NCBI RefSeq assembly: GCF_001194135.2
Contig: NC_068990.1
Span: 470,992-534,991 of the forward strand
From: Octopus bimaculoides
Lineage: Eukaryota
Length of the DNA: 64,000 bases
Direction: 5' to 3'
Shown: piece after piece, positions 48,853-60,560 of the stretch
How the letters are laid out: every line of letters begins with the position of its first letter
How positions within the stretch are numbered: position 1 is the first letter of the stretch
Made by a program: the position numbers and the translations under genes
Notes under the pieces: generated by a model
The model's input: only the letters and a program-made list of their open reading frames with translations
Told to the model about the DNA's origin: nothing
The model's database searches: none

Positions 48853-51022
48853 TATATATAAAACAAGTTATTTAAGCTACACATCAGTCCTTATTGAACA
48901 AATTAATGAGGAAAGGTACTCTAGCTTTGACCATTCCATTTTCCTTGTTCTAAGACTACATTGTCCAAAGAATCCTTATTTTAACATGAAATGGTATAAT
49001 TCGAGGGCATATAGTTGTTATTTCTAGCAGGTTAAGTGACTACATTAGAAGCTTCTTCATCGATTGATTTTTTTTTCCCATTATTTGATTCACAAATGAT
49101 TTGGATTTGAGATAGACTATTGAAACTTAGACAACTACCCAGGAGCCAAGGAGTAGCTTCTCTAAGCTTGTTTACTTTTGAGACATCCCCAGACATTATA
49201 ATTTTAAATTTAATTCTGTGTCCTTTACTTTGTTTGATTGCTAATCTTTCTTTCTCAAGTACAGAGTAGTTGTTTATGGTTTTGTGAATTATGATTAAGT
49301 TTAATGTACTTTAAAACTGGCATTGCTGTGTTGTTAAATAATTTGTTTCTTCATCTGCTGGTTTTGGTTTCAGTCTCTCTGTATAGTACCTTGAGTAATT
49401 GTGTTCTACTACAACCTTGGACCAGCTGAAACCTTTGCTAGACAGAAGCTGAAAGATGCCCATTGTGTGTGTGCGTGTGCATGCATGTATCTGTGAGTTT
49501 GTATTTCTCTTGCATTTGCTGGCTTTTAAACAATGGCTTCCTGTTGATATCATTTGTTTGCAGTTCACAGTGAAAGTGTTTGTGAACTTCTTGACATGTT
49601 GCACAATCTTTGTATATCTATGATGAATGGGCCTTTATTGTTTGATAAACTGGTTGATTATTACTTCATTTGAAAATGAATGGCCTGTGGGTTGGTGATA
49701 GGGTTAGGGTCCTGGTTACGAAAAAAGAACTCTGCCTCAACACACTCTCCTCTGATCTATGCAAGCATGGAGTAGACACTAAAACGATGGTGCATATAAT
49801 GCATTTGTAAATGGTTAGTGGCATGTTTGCATTTCATCCAAATGGGACATAGAAGAAATAAGTGACCCTCATTCCCACAGCGTCAAAGTTGGTAGCAGTA
49901 GGTCATTGACGGTAATTGTGCTGGGTTATAAGCTCTGACGAGGGCAGACATTAGGATGATGTTTTGATGATCTGAACACACACCAAGTTAGATTGTATTG
50001 TGATATCTGATGAGCCCTTAAGTAATTTTGGCAAACCTTGTGCATTCTCACAAAAGCTCAGTTTTCTTCACTTAATTTTGCCTCTGGACTTATTGTGTAA
50101 GAATGAGAGAGTGAGTTTCATGTACCCACAGCTCTTTCTCATTGATATATATATGTATATATATATGTATGTTTATATGTATGTATGAATATATATATAT
50201 ATATGTATACATATGTTTATATATATTTATATTATGGTGTTGTACTTGTCAAGTAAGTATTTGACCTGAGGCTGTGTTGAAACATAAGCAATGGCAGTGT
50301 GAAGATAGTTCTATAGCCATTCAAAATCATACAAAAACTGTTAAATTCACTTAAAAATTTATTGTTTGTAATATGGTGATAAAATTTCTGTGTATTTGGG
50401 ATGGCTAACATGTCTTCCATACACAATTGTGTGTATGCAATTAGATGTCTTAGAGAACAAACTTTCTCAGCATCCTAAAATATCTAGTGGTAGGAAGGTG
50501 TTCTCCAACTGAAATAGACCTAGCTTGAATGCTTCCAACAATGTGGAGATCACATGAATGGCATCAGTCTATGGCGAAGTAGTGGTATGAAAACAGACAA
50601 ATGACCATATCTATCACCAAACACAAATAAAATAAGAAATAAAGTTAACATTTAACATATTTCATGTAGTAGCATCAACAAATTTAATTAGAAATACTTC
50701 AATGCTGAGGAAAGGATGTTCTTAATCCCAAATGACTTAATATCATTTCAATCATTTTGACCAGTCAAGAGAAACAAACTCCAGACAGGTTCAGAAATTA
50801 TTACAGTTCTTCATTAAGGAATACGTTTCATATCAAAGTCATAATTAAATGATTAAAATGTAGAATTTGTTACATGAATGAAATATGACACCGCATCTCC
50901 CATGTGAGTAAGGAAAACATCAACATTAAAAATTTGAATTATTGCAATTCTGTTGTACTTCTACCATGTCTTTGACCTCCTCTGCAAAGATTATGTATAG
51001 TACTCGTGTGTGTGTATGTATG

Positions 51023-51053
<31 letters not shown>

Positions 51054-51070
51054 GTATCTGTGTATGTGTG

Positions 51071-51109
<39 letters not shown>

Positions 51110-51115
51110 TCACAA

Positions 51116-51178
<63 letters not shown>

Positions 51179-51187
51179 CGCAAACAC

Positions 51188-51218
<31 letters not shown>

Positions 51219-51804
51219 TGCATATACTCACACACACACACATATAACAATAATTTGAGTGAAGCATTGTATGATATTCTATAAAAGCTTGGGGCCGAAA
51301 CAAGTGAAAGGAACAACAGTTGAAGTTCCTCTTTGTATTTTGAAATAAAGGGCACTGTCTTTACTCTTGTTGTTCGTTTCATGTTCTTTCAGCCTTATCA
51401 AGTTTTTCTCATATATTCTTTTATATTCTTTTACTTGTTTCAGTCATTTGACTGTGGCCATGCTGGAGCACCGCCTTTAGTTGAGCAAATCAACCCCAGG
51501 ACTTTATTCTTTGTAAGCCTAGTACTTTATTCTATTGGTTGCTTTTGCCAAACTGTGAAGTTACAGGGACATAAACACACTAACATCGGTTGTCAAGCAA
51601 TGGTGGGAGGATAAACACACACACAAACATATACATACATAATTTTATATATATATATATATATATATTTATATGTATATATACGATGGGCTTCTTTCAG
51701 TTTCCGTCTACCAAATCCACTCACAAGGCTTTGTTCGGCTTGAGGCTATAGTAGAAGACACCTGCCCAAGGTGCCATGCAGTGGGACTGAACCTAGAACC
51801 ATGT

Positions 51805-52365
51805 TTTCCATGCGTGGATACCCTTCCTAATGCCAACAGCTCTGAGTGTAATGGGTGCTTTTACATGCCACCAGCATGGGTGCCATTTGCGTCACCCTGG
51901 TATCTGCCACGGCTGCAAATTTGCTTGGCTTGATAAACCAAGCATGATACAATGCCAAAGGCCTTGGTCATTGTCTCTGTGAGGCCCAACACTTGAAAAG
52001 AACTCGGGCACTTTGCCAACGTTCAAAGGATATTCTTTACATCCTTCCAGCAGAAGTGCACTAGCCTTGATGGGTCCTCTCAAGCACAGTACATCGCCAA
52101 AGGTCTCAGTAAGGCTCAAAGATTGAAGATCATGCTTCACTGCCTCGACCCATGTCTTCCTGGGTATACCTCTACCATAGGTTTCCTCTACAGTTAAAGA
52201 TCGGCACTTCTTTACACAGCTGTCCTCGTCCATACACATCACATGACCATGCCAGCACAGTCATCTCTCTTTCAAACCACGTCTGATGCCTCTTTTGCCC
52301 AGCTTTTCTCTCGAGATGCTTACACTCTGTCGAACATGCACACTGGCATTGTGCATCCCGTCATG
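51805..52365 (-). mobile_element. RTE-clade LINE 3' fragment
   Basis: ORF 51892-52242 reads MDEDSCVKKCRSLTVEETYGRGIPRKTWVEAVKHDL; same family as above. Confidence 0.8.
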
Positions 52366-52378
52366 TATATAGATATGA

Positions 52379-52459
<81 letters not shown>

Positions 52460-53792
52460 TACATGTGTGTGTATGTATTTATGTGTTTGTTCCCCCCCCC
52501 CCTCGCCACCACTAGACAACCAATTTGGGTGTGTTTACATCTCTGTAACTTAGCGGTTTGGCAAAAGAGACCGATATAATAAGTATTAGGCATACAAAGA
52601 ATAGATCCTGGGGTTGATTTGTTCGACTAAAACTCTTCCGAGCCTGCCTGGCCACAGTCAAATGGCTGAAAGCAGTAGAAGATGAAAGATCGATTTTTAA
52701 CTCTATTTTATATATTCTTCTCACAAATTATGCAGTTTCCTTCAATGGTTTTCCCTTTCACTTCCACACCTTCCCCTCACCTATATGATCAAATCTACCC
52801 AGCCCTCCCACACATCCACTATCCCACACCACTACCCTTCCCACCATGCACACCTGACAGCATAAGTAACTGTAGGTACCCCACAATACTCACACACACA
52901 CACTGTCCCCTATACCCATCTCTTTTCACAGGTAGCCTCCTGTACGTGCACAAACCCTAACCCTAACGCCTCTGTTCCTAGTTCCTCCCCATAGAATTGC
53001 ATTCTTACCTGGTCCTTAAACTTTTTTCATTTTCCACCAATTTTTCTATTTTTCTCTTCCATTCTTCCCTTTTTCAGATGGAGGACTAGTATCCGAAATT
53101 TTGGGACCTTTCCTTTCCTTTCTCAGCATTGAAATAATATCTTTGCTACAACTTGTCCCTCTCGTTTTGTCTTTTATTTTCTTCATAACCTAACACAGCA
53201 ATACATACACACATACATACATACATACATTGGTACTGGTATGGCTGAGTGGTTAAGACACTTACCATCCAACCACATGGTCTCAAGTTGTATTCCACTG
53301 TGACAGTTTGGGCGTCTTCTTCTACAACCCTGGACTGACCAAACCTTTGTCAGTGGATTTGGCAGAGAGAAAGTGAAGGAACCCTGATGTATGTATGTAT
53401 GTATGCATGAATGTGTGTGTGTGTATATACACGCACACACATACGTGTGTGTTTGTGTGTACCCTTGTCTTGACATCATGTGATGATTGTAAACAAACAT
53501 GCAAATGATGGCGTTCGTTTCCAGTTTCCCCATGGAAAACATTTTCTGGCCATGGAGTGATACATTACCTTGGAAACAGGTGCAGGTTGACAGCAGGAAG
53601 GGCTGAGTATAACCAGCCGAAATTGCAGCTAATCTGGAACTCGACTGAGGATAGAAAACTCCGAATGACCCGTCCTTGTTTTCTTTGCATCGTCTGCTTG
53701 GATGTTGCCCCTTTTTTGTATCACCTAACTGTCCAGAAGTTTTGCGTTCTTGTCCCTTTTTTGGTTTATATATGTGTGTGTGTGTGTGTGCG

Positions 53793-53833
<41 letters not shown>

Positions 53834-54624
53834 ATTATAAATACCTATAATTTTCAGTTAGTCTAACTTGTGTACATTTTCTCAGTATTCATTTAACTGA
53901 TAGAACTGTTATGCTACGCAAATTACTAACTTGTGTTTACTCTCTGACCTTCAAAAATGTGTGTGTGTGTTTACACACACACACACTCACTCACTCACTC
54001 ACTCACTCACTCACTCACGTGTGCGCCTTTGTCATCATGGTGCTTTGAAAGCGATAGTGAAATCAGGTGAAGAAGGTCAACATCTCGTTGCTTCTACCGA
54101 CATTTATTTTCCTTCTTTATCCACCAAAGGAATTTCCTAACGTTTTTCTTTGAAATGATTCACATATCTGTGATGGTGGTGGTGTTTGCTTGTTGACTAC
54201 CTCTCTGTAATAGTAGTAATTCTGTTGGTGGGGGTGATCTATGGTGACATTGTCCGCTATGATAGAGCAGAGAGCTATAATCAAAATCTTTCCGGTTATC
54301 AATATCCTCTCTTTATTTATTTTCTTATTTATTTATTGTTGTATTTTGGGACGGTAATTTTTTTATTTTGCCAAGTAAACACATGTACTATATATTCGTT
54401 CTTCACTCGTTTTTTACTCTTTTACTTGTTTCAGTCATTTGACTGTGGCCATGCTGGAGCACCGCCTTTAGTCAAGCAAATCGACCCCAGGACTTATTCT
54501 TTGGAAGCCTAATACTTATTCTATCGGTCTTATTTGCCGAACCACTAAGTTACAGGGGACGTAAACACACCACCATCGGTTATCAAGTGATGTTGGGGGG
54601 ACAAAAACAGACACACAAACATAT

Positions 54625-54678
<54 letters not shown>

Positions 54679-54802
54679 GACGGGCTTCTTTCAGTTTCCG
54701 TCTACCAAATCCACTCATAAGGCTTTGGACGCCCCGATGCTATAGTAGAAAACATATGCCCAATGTGCCAAGCAGTGGGAATGAACCCGGAACCATGTGG
54801 TT

Positions 54803-55215
54803 TGGAGGAACTGTGGTTGTTCATTTGTGGGCAAGAAGGAACCAATGAGGTGATAGACTTGCCCTTGAACTTTGACATCGGCGTAAATTCATGTTTATCT
54901 ATCTTCTTAGATGCACCAAATGATGTCATTTGAAATGCAGAGTTGTCTGATATTGTTCAGAAACTCCTTTGACTGGATGGAAGTGCCTTCTAGAAGATCC
55001 ATAAGAGGTTGAGACGGAGCTGGTAGTGCTGGCAATGTTACCTTACCACATGTGCAGCACATACCATTTGTTTCATTTGAAAATTTTAAAGCTCTACAGA
55101 AACGACAATCTGTGTTTAGCGCACCAATTTGGACAGTTATCATTTTTATAAGAATGGGATGGATCATATCTGAGAACAGCTTCAGGAGTTGTGAAGAATG
55201 AATTTGTACGTAGTC
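54803..55215 (-). mobile_element. Helitron Rep/helicase N-terminal fragment (frameshifted)
   Basis: The minus strand reads IGALNTDCRFCRALKFSNETNGMCCTCGKVTLPALPAPSQPLMDLLEGTSIQSKEFLNNIRQ / MTSFGA / QGQVYHLIGSFLPTNEQPQFLQ. This matches the conserved CxxC..CC..GKV, MTSFG and GQVYHxIGSL motifs of Helitron Rep proteins. Confidence 0.9.
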
Positions 55216-55614
55216 TGTTTCTGAGAGTTATTCTATTGGACCTCTGTCTAATCATTAAAACATTGATTTAATCATCCAGCATTAAGTGCTGCAACATGCA
55301 TTTGCTGATCTTGAGAAAATTTTATCTCTCTTCAGACTCTTGCCTTCGGTTTTCTACAGTCCTCCTTGTTTTATACTTATTTCTGGAGAGATTACGTCTT
55401 TTCTGTGTTTCTCCCACTCACTCCGTAAAAATATATTTGAAGAGAGCAGAAATTGAAAGAAGAGAAAGCGAAAAGGCCACAGAGAGAAACAGAAAGATGT
55501 ATGTACATCTATATGAAATGGACGTGTGTGTGTGCGTGTGCGTGCGTGCGTGCGTGCGCGTGTGCGCGCGTGTGTGAGTGAGAGAGAGTAAATCGGTTTT
55601 GGAATGCATAAGGA

Positions 55615-55645
<31 letters not shown>

Positions 55646-55659
55646 CATACATCTATATG

Positions 55660-55845
55660 TATATATGGGTGCAGGACATAAAAAAAAACGTTAAACAATG
55701 AGAAACGAAAACAGAAAACGAACTTTTTTCGAACAACGAAAAAAAATAAACAAACAGAGAAACGAGACATGCAACATAAAGAGTATATCCCTTCGTCAGT
55801 TGTCCCTGTCCATCTACTCCGCGTTTCGAGATAGGCTTCTTTCAA
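55660..55845 (-). repeat. Penelope-like-element-related repeat fragment; second copy at ~38835-39000
   Basis: The two copies align (CAGGACATAAAAAAAA...AATGAGAAAC...GCAACATAA...CCCTTCRTCAGTTGTCC). The TCGAAACGCG and CTGAYGAAGG motifs on - resemble PLE terminal repeats. Classification is inference. Confidence 0.45.
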
Positions 55846-56229
55846 ACTGAAAGTATTATCTCACATTACAGTAGAGACGTAATACTGAAATTAGTGGAAG
55901 AGATAAGAGATTGGTCTGGGCTCGCATTAGGCAAGAAGTTGGAAATTTATTTGGCCCATGACACTACATGGACCTTGGCTTTTGTTTTGACGACTATTTT
56001 ATTTCGATTTTAAGTATATATGTATGTATGAGCCAATGAGGGAGACCTCTATATGGTAGCTAAACCTGGTAGAAATAACAGCCAAATCTCCCTCAAAACA
56101 CCCTACTGTCTTAATCCGACAATTCTGCCTATTATGTAGTTTGAATGAGAAACTATAACTAAAGATTAAGATTATTAACCCCAAACTTGGACGGTGTTAA
56201 GTAGTGGAGACGTACGAAAGAGTGGGTAT

Positions 56230-56460
56230 CACCTACTTGCCTCGTGGCGTTGAGAGAGAAAGTTCAATCAGAGCAACTCGAGACGGCTAGTGTTCTTTCT
56301 TCCTTCTTCCCCCCCCCTCTATATACGTGTGTGCAAATCCTTTCTCGCACGCACATACTCTCTCTCTCTCGTGAAGATAGTTTCTTTATCTCCCATTTTC
56401 TTGGGAAGCCTTAGCCAACGGGTTAGGGTCTGAAGAAACGCTGCTTATTGGACGCGAACC
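56230..56460 (-). promoter_or_regulatory. Candidate Pol II promoter and non-coding first exon (minus strand)
   Basis: I counted 16 CpGs in 56161-56520 versus 0 in 1861-2220. On -, CCAAT lies at 56451-56447, TATATAG at 56325-56319 and a donor-like CAA|GTAGGT at 56237/56236. No ATG lies between the TATA-like box and the donor. Confidence 0.35.
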
Positions 56461-56764
56461 CCAGGGTAACCCCACAGACCGGCCATATCTATCTTTATCT
56501 ATACACTCTACTTTTCTATAACTTAGAATGTGCTTCTCTTTCGGATTTATGATTAACTGAAGATATATATAAATGGGTGTGACCAGTACCTCATCAGTTT
56601 TGCGCCCTGCTATCTACAGTACACACCATGCCCTTCATCTATGTCTTCCTCCCCACTCTCTCTCTCTCTCGTCCACTACACATCTCACATTCCTTCTCTC
56701 TCTCTCACTGATGAATTTCTCTTCTTCCCTTATTTATCTCTCTCACACATGCGAGAGATAAATA

Positions 56765-57047
56765 CAGGCTTACGTCGGTAATTCAAGACACGCGACTTAA
56801 CTTGAAAAACGAGCTACACGAGAAAAAAAGCAAAAAAAAAAAAAAGCTAGTAGCTGTCCTAATAAATGGTTTATGGATATTTTTACACGTACTTTGATTT
56901 TCCTCTTCAGCATGGGTTTTTGTTATTAGTTTTAATTAGACCGACGTAAAGTTGAATAAATCGACGTAAGTTGATGTTTATGCTTCTTTTCTCTTTCAAA
57001 AAATGTCGAAGCTGTAAGTCGAAACGACGTAAGCTGAAGTGTGCCTG
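56765..57047. mobile_element. Tigger/pogo-like MITE with repeated CTTACGTCG / CGACGTAAG subterminal motifs
   Basis: Left end is TA-CAGG-CTTACGTCG. Right end (reverse complement) is CAGGCACACTTCAGCTTACGTCG. CGACGTAA occurs three times in the right third. Confidence 0.55.
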
Positions 57048-57586
57048 TCTATGTAAATAGAGATGCAAGATAACTTACATGCTGTTTACTAAAAATACAG
57101 CTGCCTGCTTTAACATCTATATTTAATATATGGAGATATATAAAAAAGTTATGTAGTCATCGTTTTTCTTCTATTCTCTCTCGCAAACTACTTGCATTAA
57201 GCTTCTCTATTCTCTCAACAGTTCATCGATACTTCACCGTTCTTCTGCTGCCATTCGGGCGTCATTATTAATGCGCACGCAGTTGTCTTATTGTAAACAC
57301 GAAAAGCATGTAGGGTCATTTCAAGCCTTGTATTACCCCCCCCCCTCCCGCCACGCATTTTTGTGTACCTCTCTCATTTTGTGTCTCTGTCCCTCTTTCT
57401 CTTTTTGTGTCTCTGCCCCTCTCTCTTTCGTGTCTCTGTTCCTCTCTCTTTTTGTCCCCCTCTCTCTCTCTCGCTCCTATAACATTTCACTTTTACTCTA
57501 ATATTTCAGCCTCTCTGTTTTCTGCAACATATATCATTATCTTATGTATCCTTCCTTTGTCGTGCCGCGCGCGCGCGCGCGCGCGC

Positions 57587-57622
<36 letters not shown>

Positions 57623-59479
57623 TCTAGGGCAAGTGAGACCGGCCGCCCTTAGTGCTTGTGTGCGGGTGTTTGACAAAAAACTTGATATGCGTGTGTTTTT
57701 CTCCTTGCTTTGACGTTGCTCGGCATTTGTATACTAGTGTAGCTTCCTTCATTTCTAGTCTTCCGTGAAACATCTGAGCTCATGGAAATATTACTTTGCT
57801 TGAGGGTGAGGGTTGGCAACTGGAAGAGCATTTGACATTAGTAAATCTGCCTCTACGAATTCCATCTGACCCCTGCAATCATAGAGAAGTGGGCGCTAAA
57901 GCGATGACGATGGTGATGATTACTCTATGCAGGTATTTGACTTTCTAGTAATAGCGGCAAAATCTTTAAATCACATTCTGTATTCTGTTTTTAAAAAAAT
58001 CTAAAATGAACAAAAGACAAAACTCATTGATTAGCTATACGAACATGGAATTGTAAGAAGTGAAACACCTTTGATTACGGGTCTTTCTAATTAAGGTTGG
58101 CCAAGGTTAAACAAGACTTGGTAAATGCTTTTCATAACCTTCAGTCTTGTACATATTTAAAATGTCTCCCCGGCAGCCATTTGTTTCTCCCTAAAATCTT
58201 AGTTAATTTCCTAAGCTTTAAATCTGCTCTCATCAAAATAATAATCCTTTCTACTCTAAAGCCTGAAATGTTGTGGGAGGGAGCTGTTCGATTACTTCGT
58301 CCCTAGTTCTCAACTGGTATTTATTCTATTCTATCAACTCATGAAAGATGAAAGGACCTCAACGGATTTTGTACTGAGTGAAAGAGCTAGAGACACACTT
58401 GACTACTAACATTAGCATAAAGCCACGAATTTTAAGGTTGGGTGTAGTCAGTCAGTACTTGAATCCTAATTTATTTTATTGACAACTGAAGGATGAAAGA
58501 TAAAGTTGATCTCTGTAGTATTTTTAATTTTGTTGTTTTAAGTCTTTAAGTTATTATAACTGAGAGCATAAAAAAAAATATAATATATATATGAAAAAAG
58601 ATATAACTAAATCCCATTAGGCAATATTTTTCGACAATTTACTCCCCGTTTACTATCTTAATCCTTTTGTTAACATATATCTGTTGCCATACACTCCTTA
58701 TCTTCCAATTAATTTTGAAAATAATGTTCCAAGTTAATCAAATAACTTTTGTCATTGAACTTAATGGTAAGGCGATGAGGTGGAGGAATTGCAAGCCACC
58801 TCAGACAGAATGCTCAGTGCCATTTCTTCCAGCTTTGCATTTTGAGTTCAAATTCCACCAAGGTCGACTTTGCATTTCATCCATACGAGGTCGATAAAAT
58901 AAGTACCAGTTGAGCTCTGGGGGAAATGTAATCAACTATCGCCCCTCGGTAATGTTTGGAATATAACATGAAATATTTATGGAAGATTTTAATTTAGATC
59001 GCTTTAAAACAGAAATTAGGTGTAATCTCAGGCAGGTTGGTATTTAGATGGTTAACCAATATTGTCATCATATTTATCTATTGAGCATTTTATGGATTGT
59101 TGCTGTTCAATAAGACTGCGAACTCTTGAGGGTGATTCCACTTATTGGTTTTATTATTCCAGCAGAATTTTGAACTCAATTGACCTGCTAGAAATAACAG
59201 CTAAATCTGTTTTGCTTTCACATCCTATTGCCTAAAAAAATATTTTAAAATGGGAGGATACATTAGATGATGTAGTCTTAGATGGACTGCTTTTTACTTT
59301 TTCTTATCTTGTTTCAGTCATTGGCGTGCAGCTATGCTGGGGCACCATCTTGAAAGGCTTAGTTGAACAAATTGACCCCCTGTTCTTATTTGTAAGTTTA
59401 GTACTTATTTTACCAGTCCCTTTTGCCAAACTAAGTTATGGGGATGTGAAATAACCAACACCAGCTGTCAAGCAGTGGC

Positions 59480-59730
59480 GGGTTGCGTGTGTGTGGCACG
59501 TAAAAAGCACCATCCGAACGTAGTCGATGCCAGCTCCCTCTGGCCCCTGTGCCGGTGGCATGTAAAAAGCACTCACTACACTGTGGGAGTGGTTGGCATT
59601 AGGAAGGGCATCCATATGTAGAAACACTGCCAGATCAGATTGGAGAGTGGTGCAGCCTCCTGGCTCACCAGACCTCAGTCAAACCAAGTAAAGCATGCTA
59701 GCATGGAAAACGGACGTTAAACGCTGATGA
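59480..59730 (+). mobile_element. RTE-3'-tail-derived repeat; other copies at ~4005-4335(-), 15602-15850(-), 16745-17100(+), 23490-23712(+), 34700-34900(-), 42680-42900(+), 47063-47240(-)
   Basis: GGTTGGCATTAGGAAGGGCATCCA...CCAACCCATGCCAGCATGGAAAACGGACGTTAAA(TGA)n, the same as the 3' UTR of the RTE LINE copies in this window. Confidence 0.8.
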
Positions 59731-60528
59731 TATATAGATATATATATGCACGCGCACGCACACGCGCACACACACACGCACGCACGCACGCACGCGCGCA
59801 CGCGCACACACACACCTACCTTTCGATATCAGTCCGAAATATTGGCCTTTTCCGTAAAAAGTGTCTTTGGCGATCTTTACCAAAGATCGGCCTTTTCCGT
59901 AACACCCGCACGATTTTCACTAGGGTGTTAGGGTTAGGGTTTACGGTTAGGGACGGAATTCCCTAACCCTAAACCCTTCAAAAGAAATCGCACTCTCTGT
60001 ATCTCTTTCATTTTTNNNNNNNNNNNNNNNNNNNNNNNNNNNNNNNNNNNNNNNNNNNNNNNNNNNNNNNNNNNNNNNNNNNNNNNNNNNNNNNNNNNNN
60101 NNNNNNNNNNNNNNNNNNNNNNNNNNNNNNNNNNNNNNNNNNNNNNNNNNNNNNNNNNNNNNNNNNNNNNNNNNNNNNNNNNNNNNNNNNNNNNNNNNNN
60201 NNNNNNNNNNNNNNNNNNNNNNNNCATGCATTTATGAATCGCCTAAGCATTATTGAATACTTTTCAAAAGGACAGAAAATGAGTTTATTCATTGTCATAA
60301 GTGTGAACTAGGTTCAGTTTTGAAAGTAAATGTGTTTGTTAGGTATTCTTTTCTTTTTATCTTTTACTTATTTCAGTCATTTGACTGCGGTCATACTGGG
60401 GCAGCACCTTGAAGGGTTTTAGTTGAACAAATCAACCCCCAATTCATTTTTTATCAAATAAATTGGGGGTACTTATTCTATCGGTAAACAAACCAACACC
60501 AGTTGTCATGTGGTATGTGTGTCACGCG

Positions 60529-60560
<32 letters not shown>

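Noticed and set aside
52950-52970. Interstitial telomere
   Set aside because: Only two CCCTAA units, far too short.
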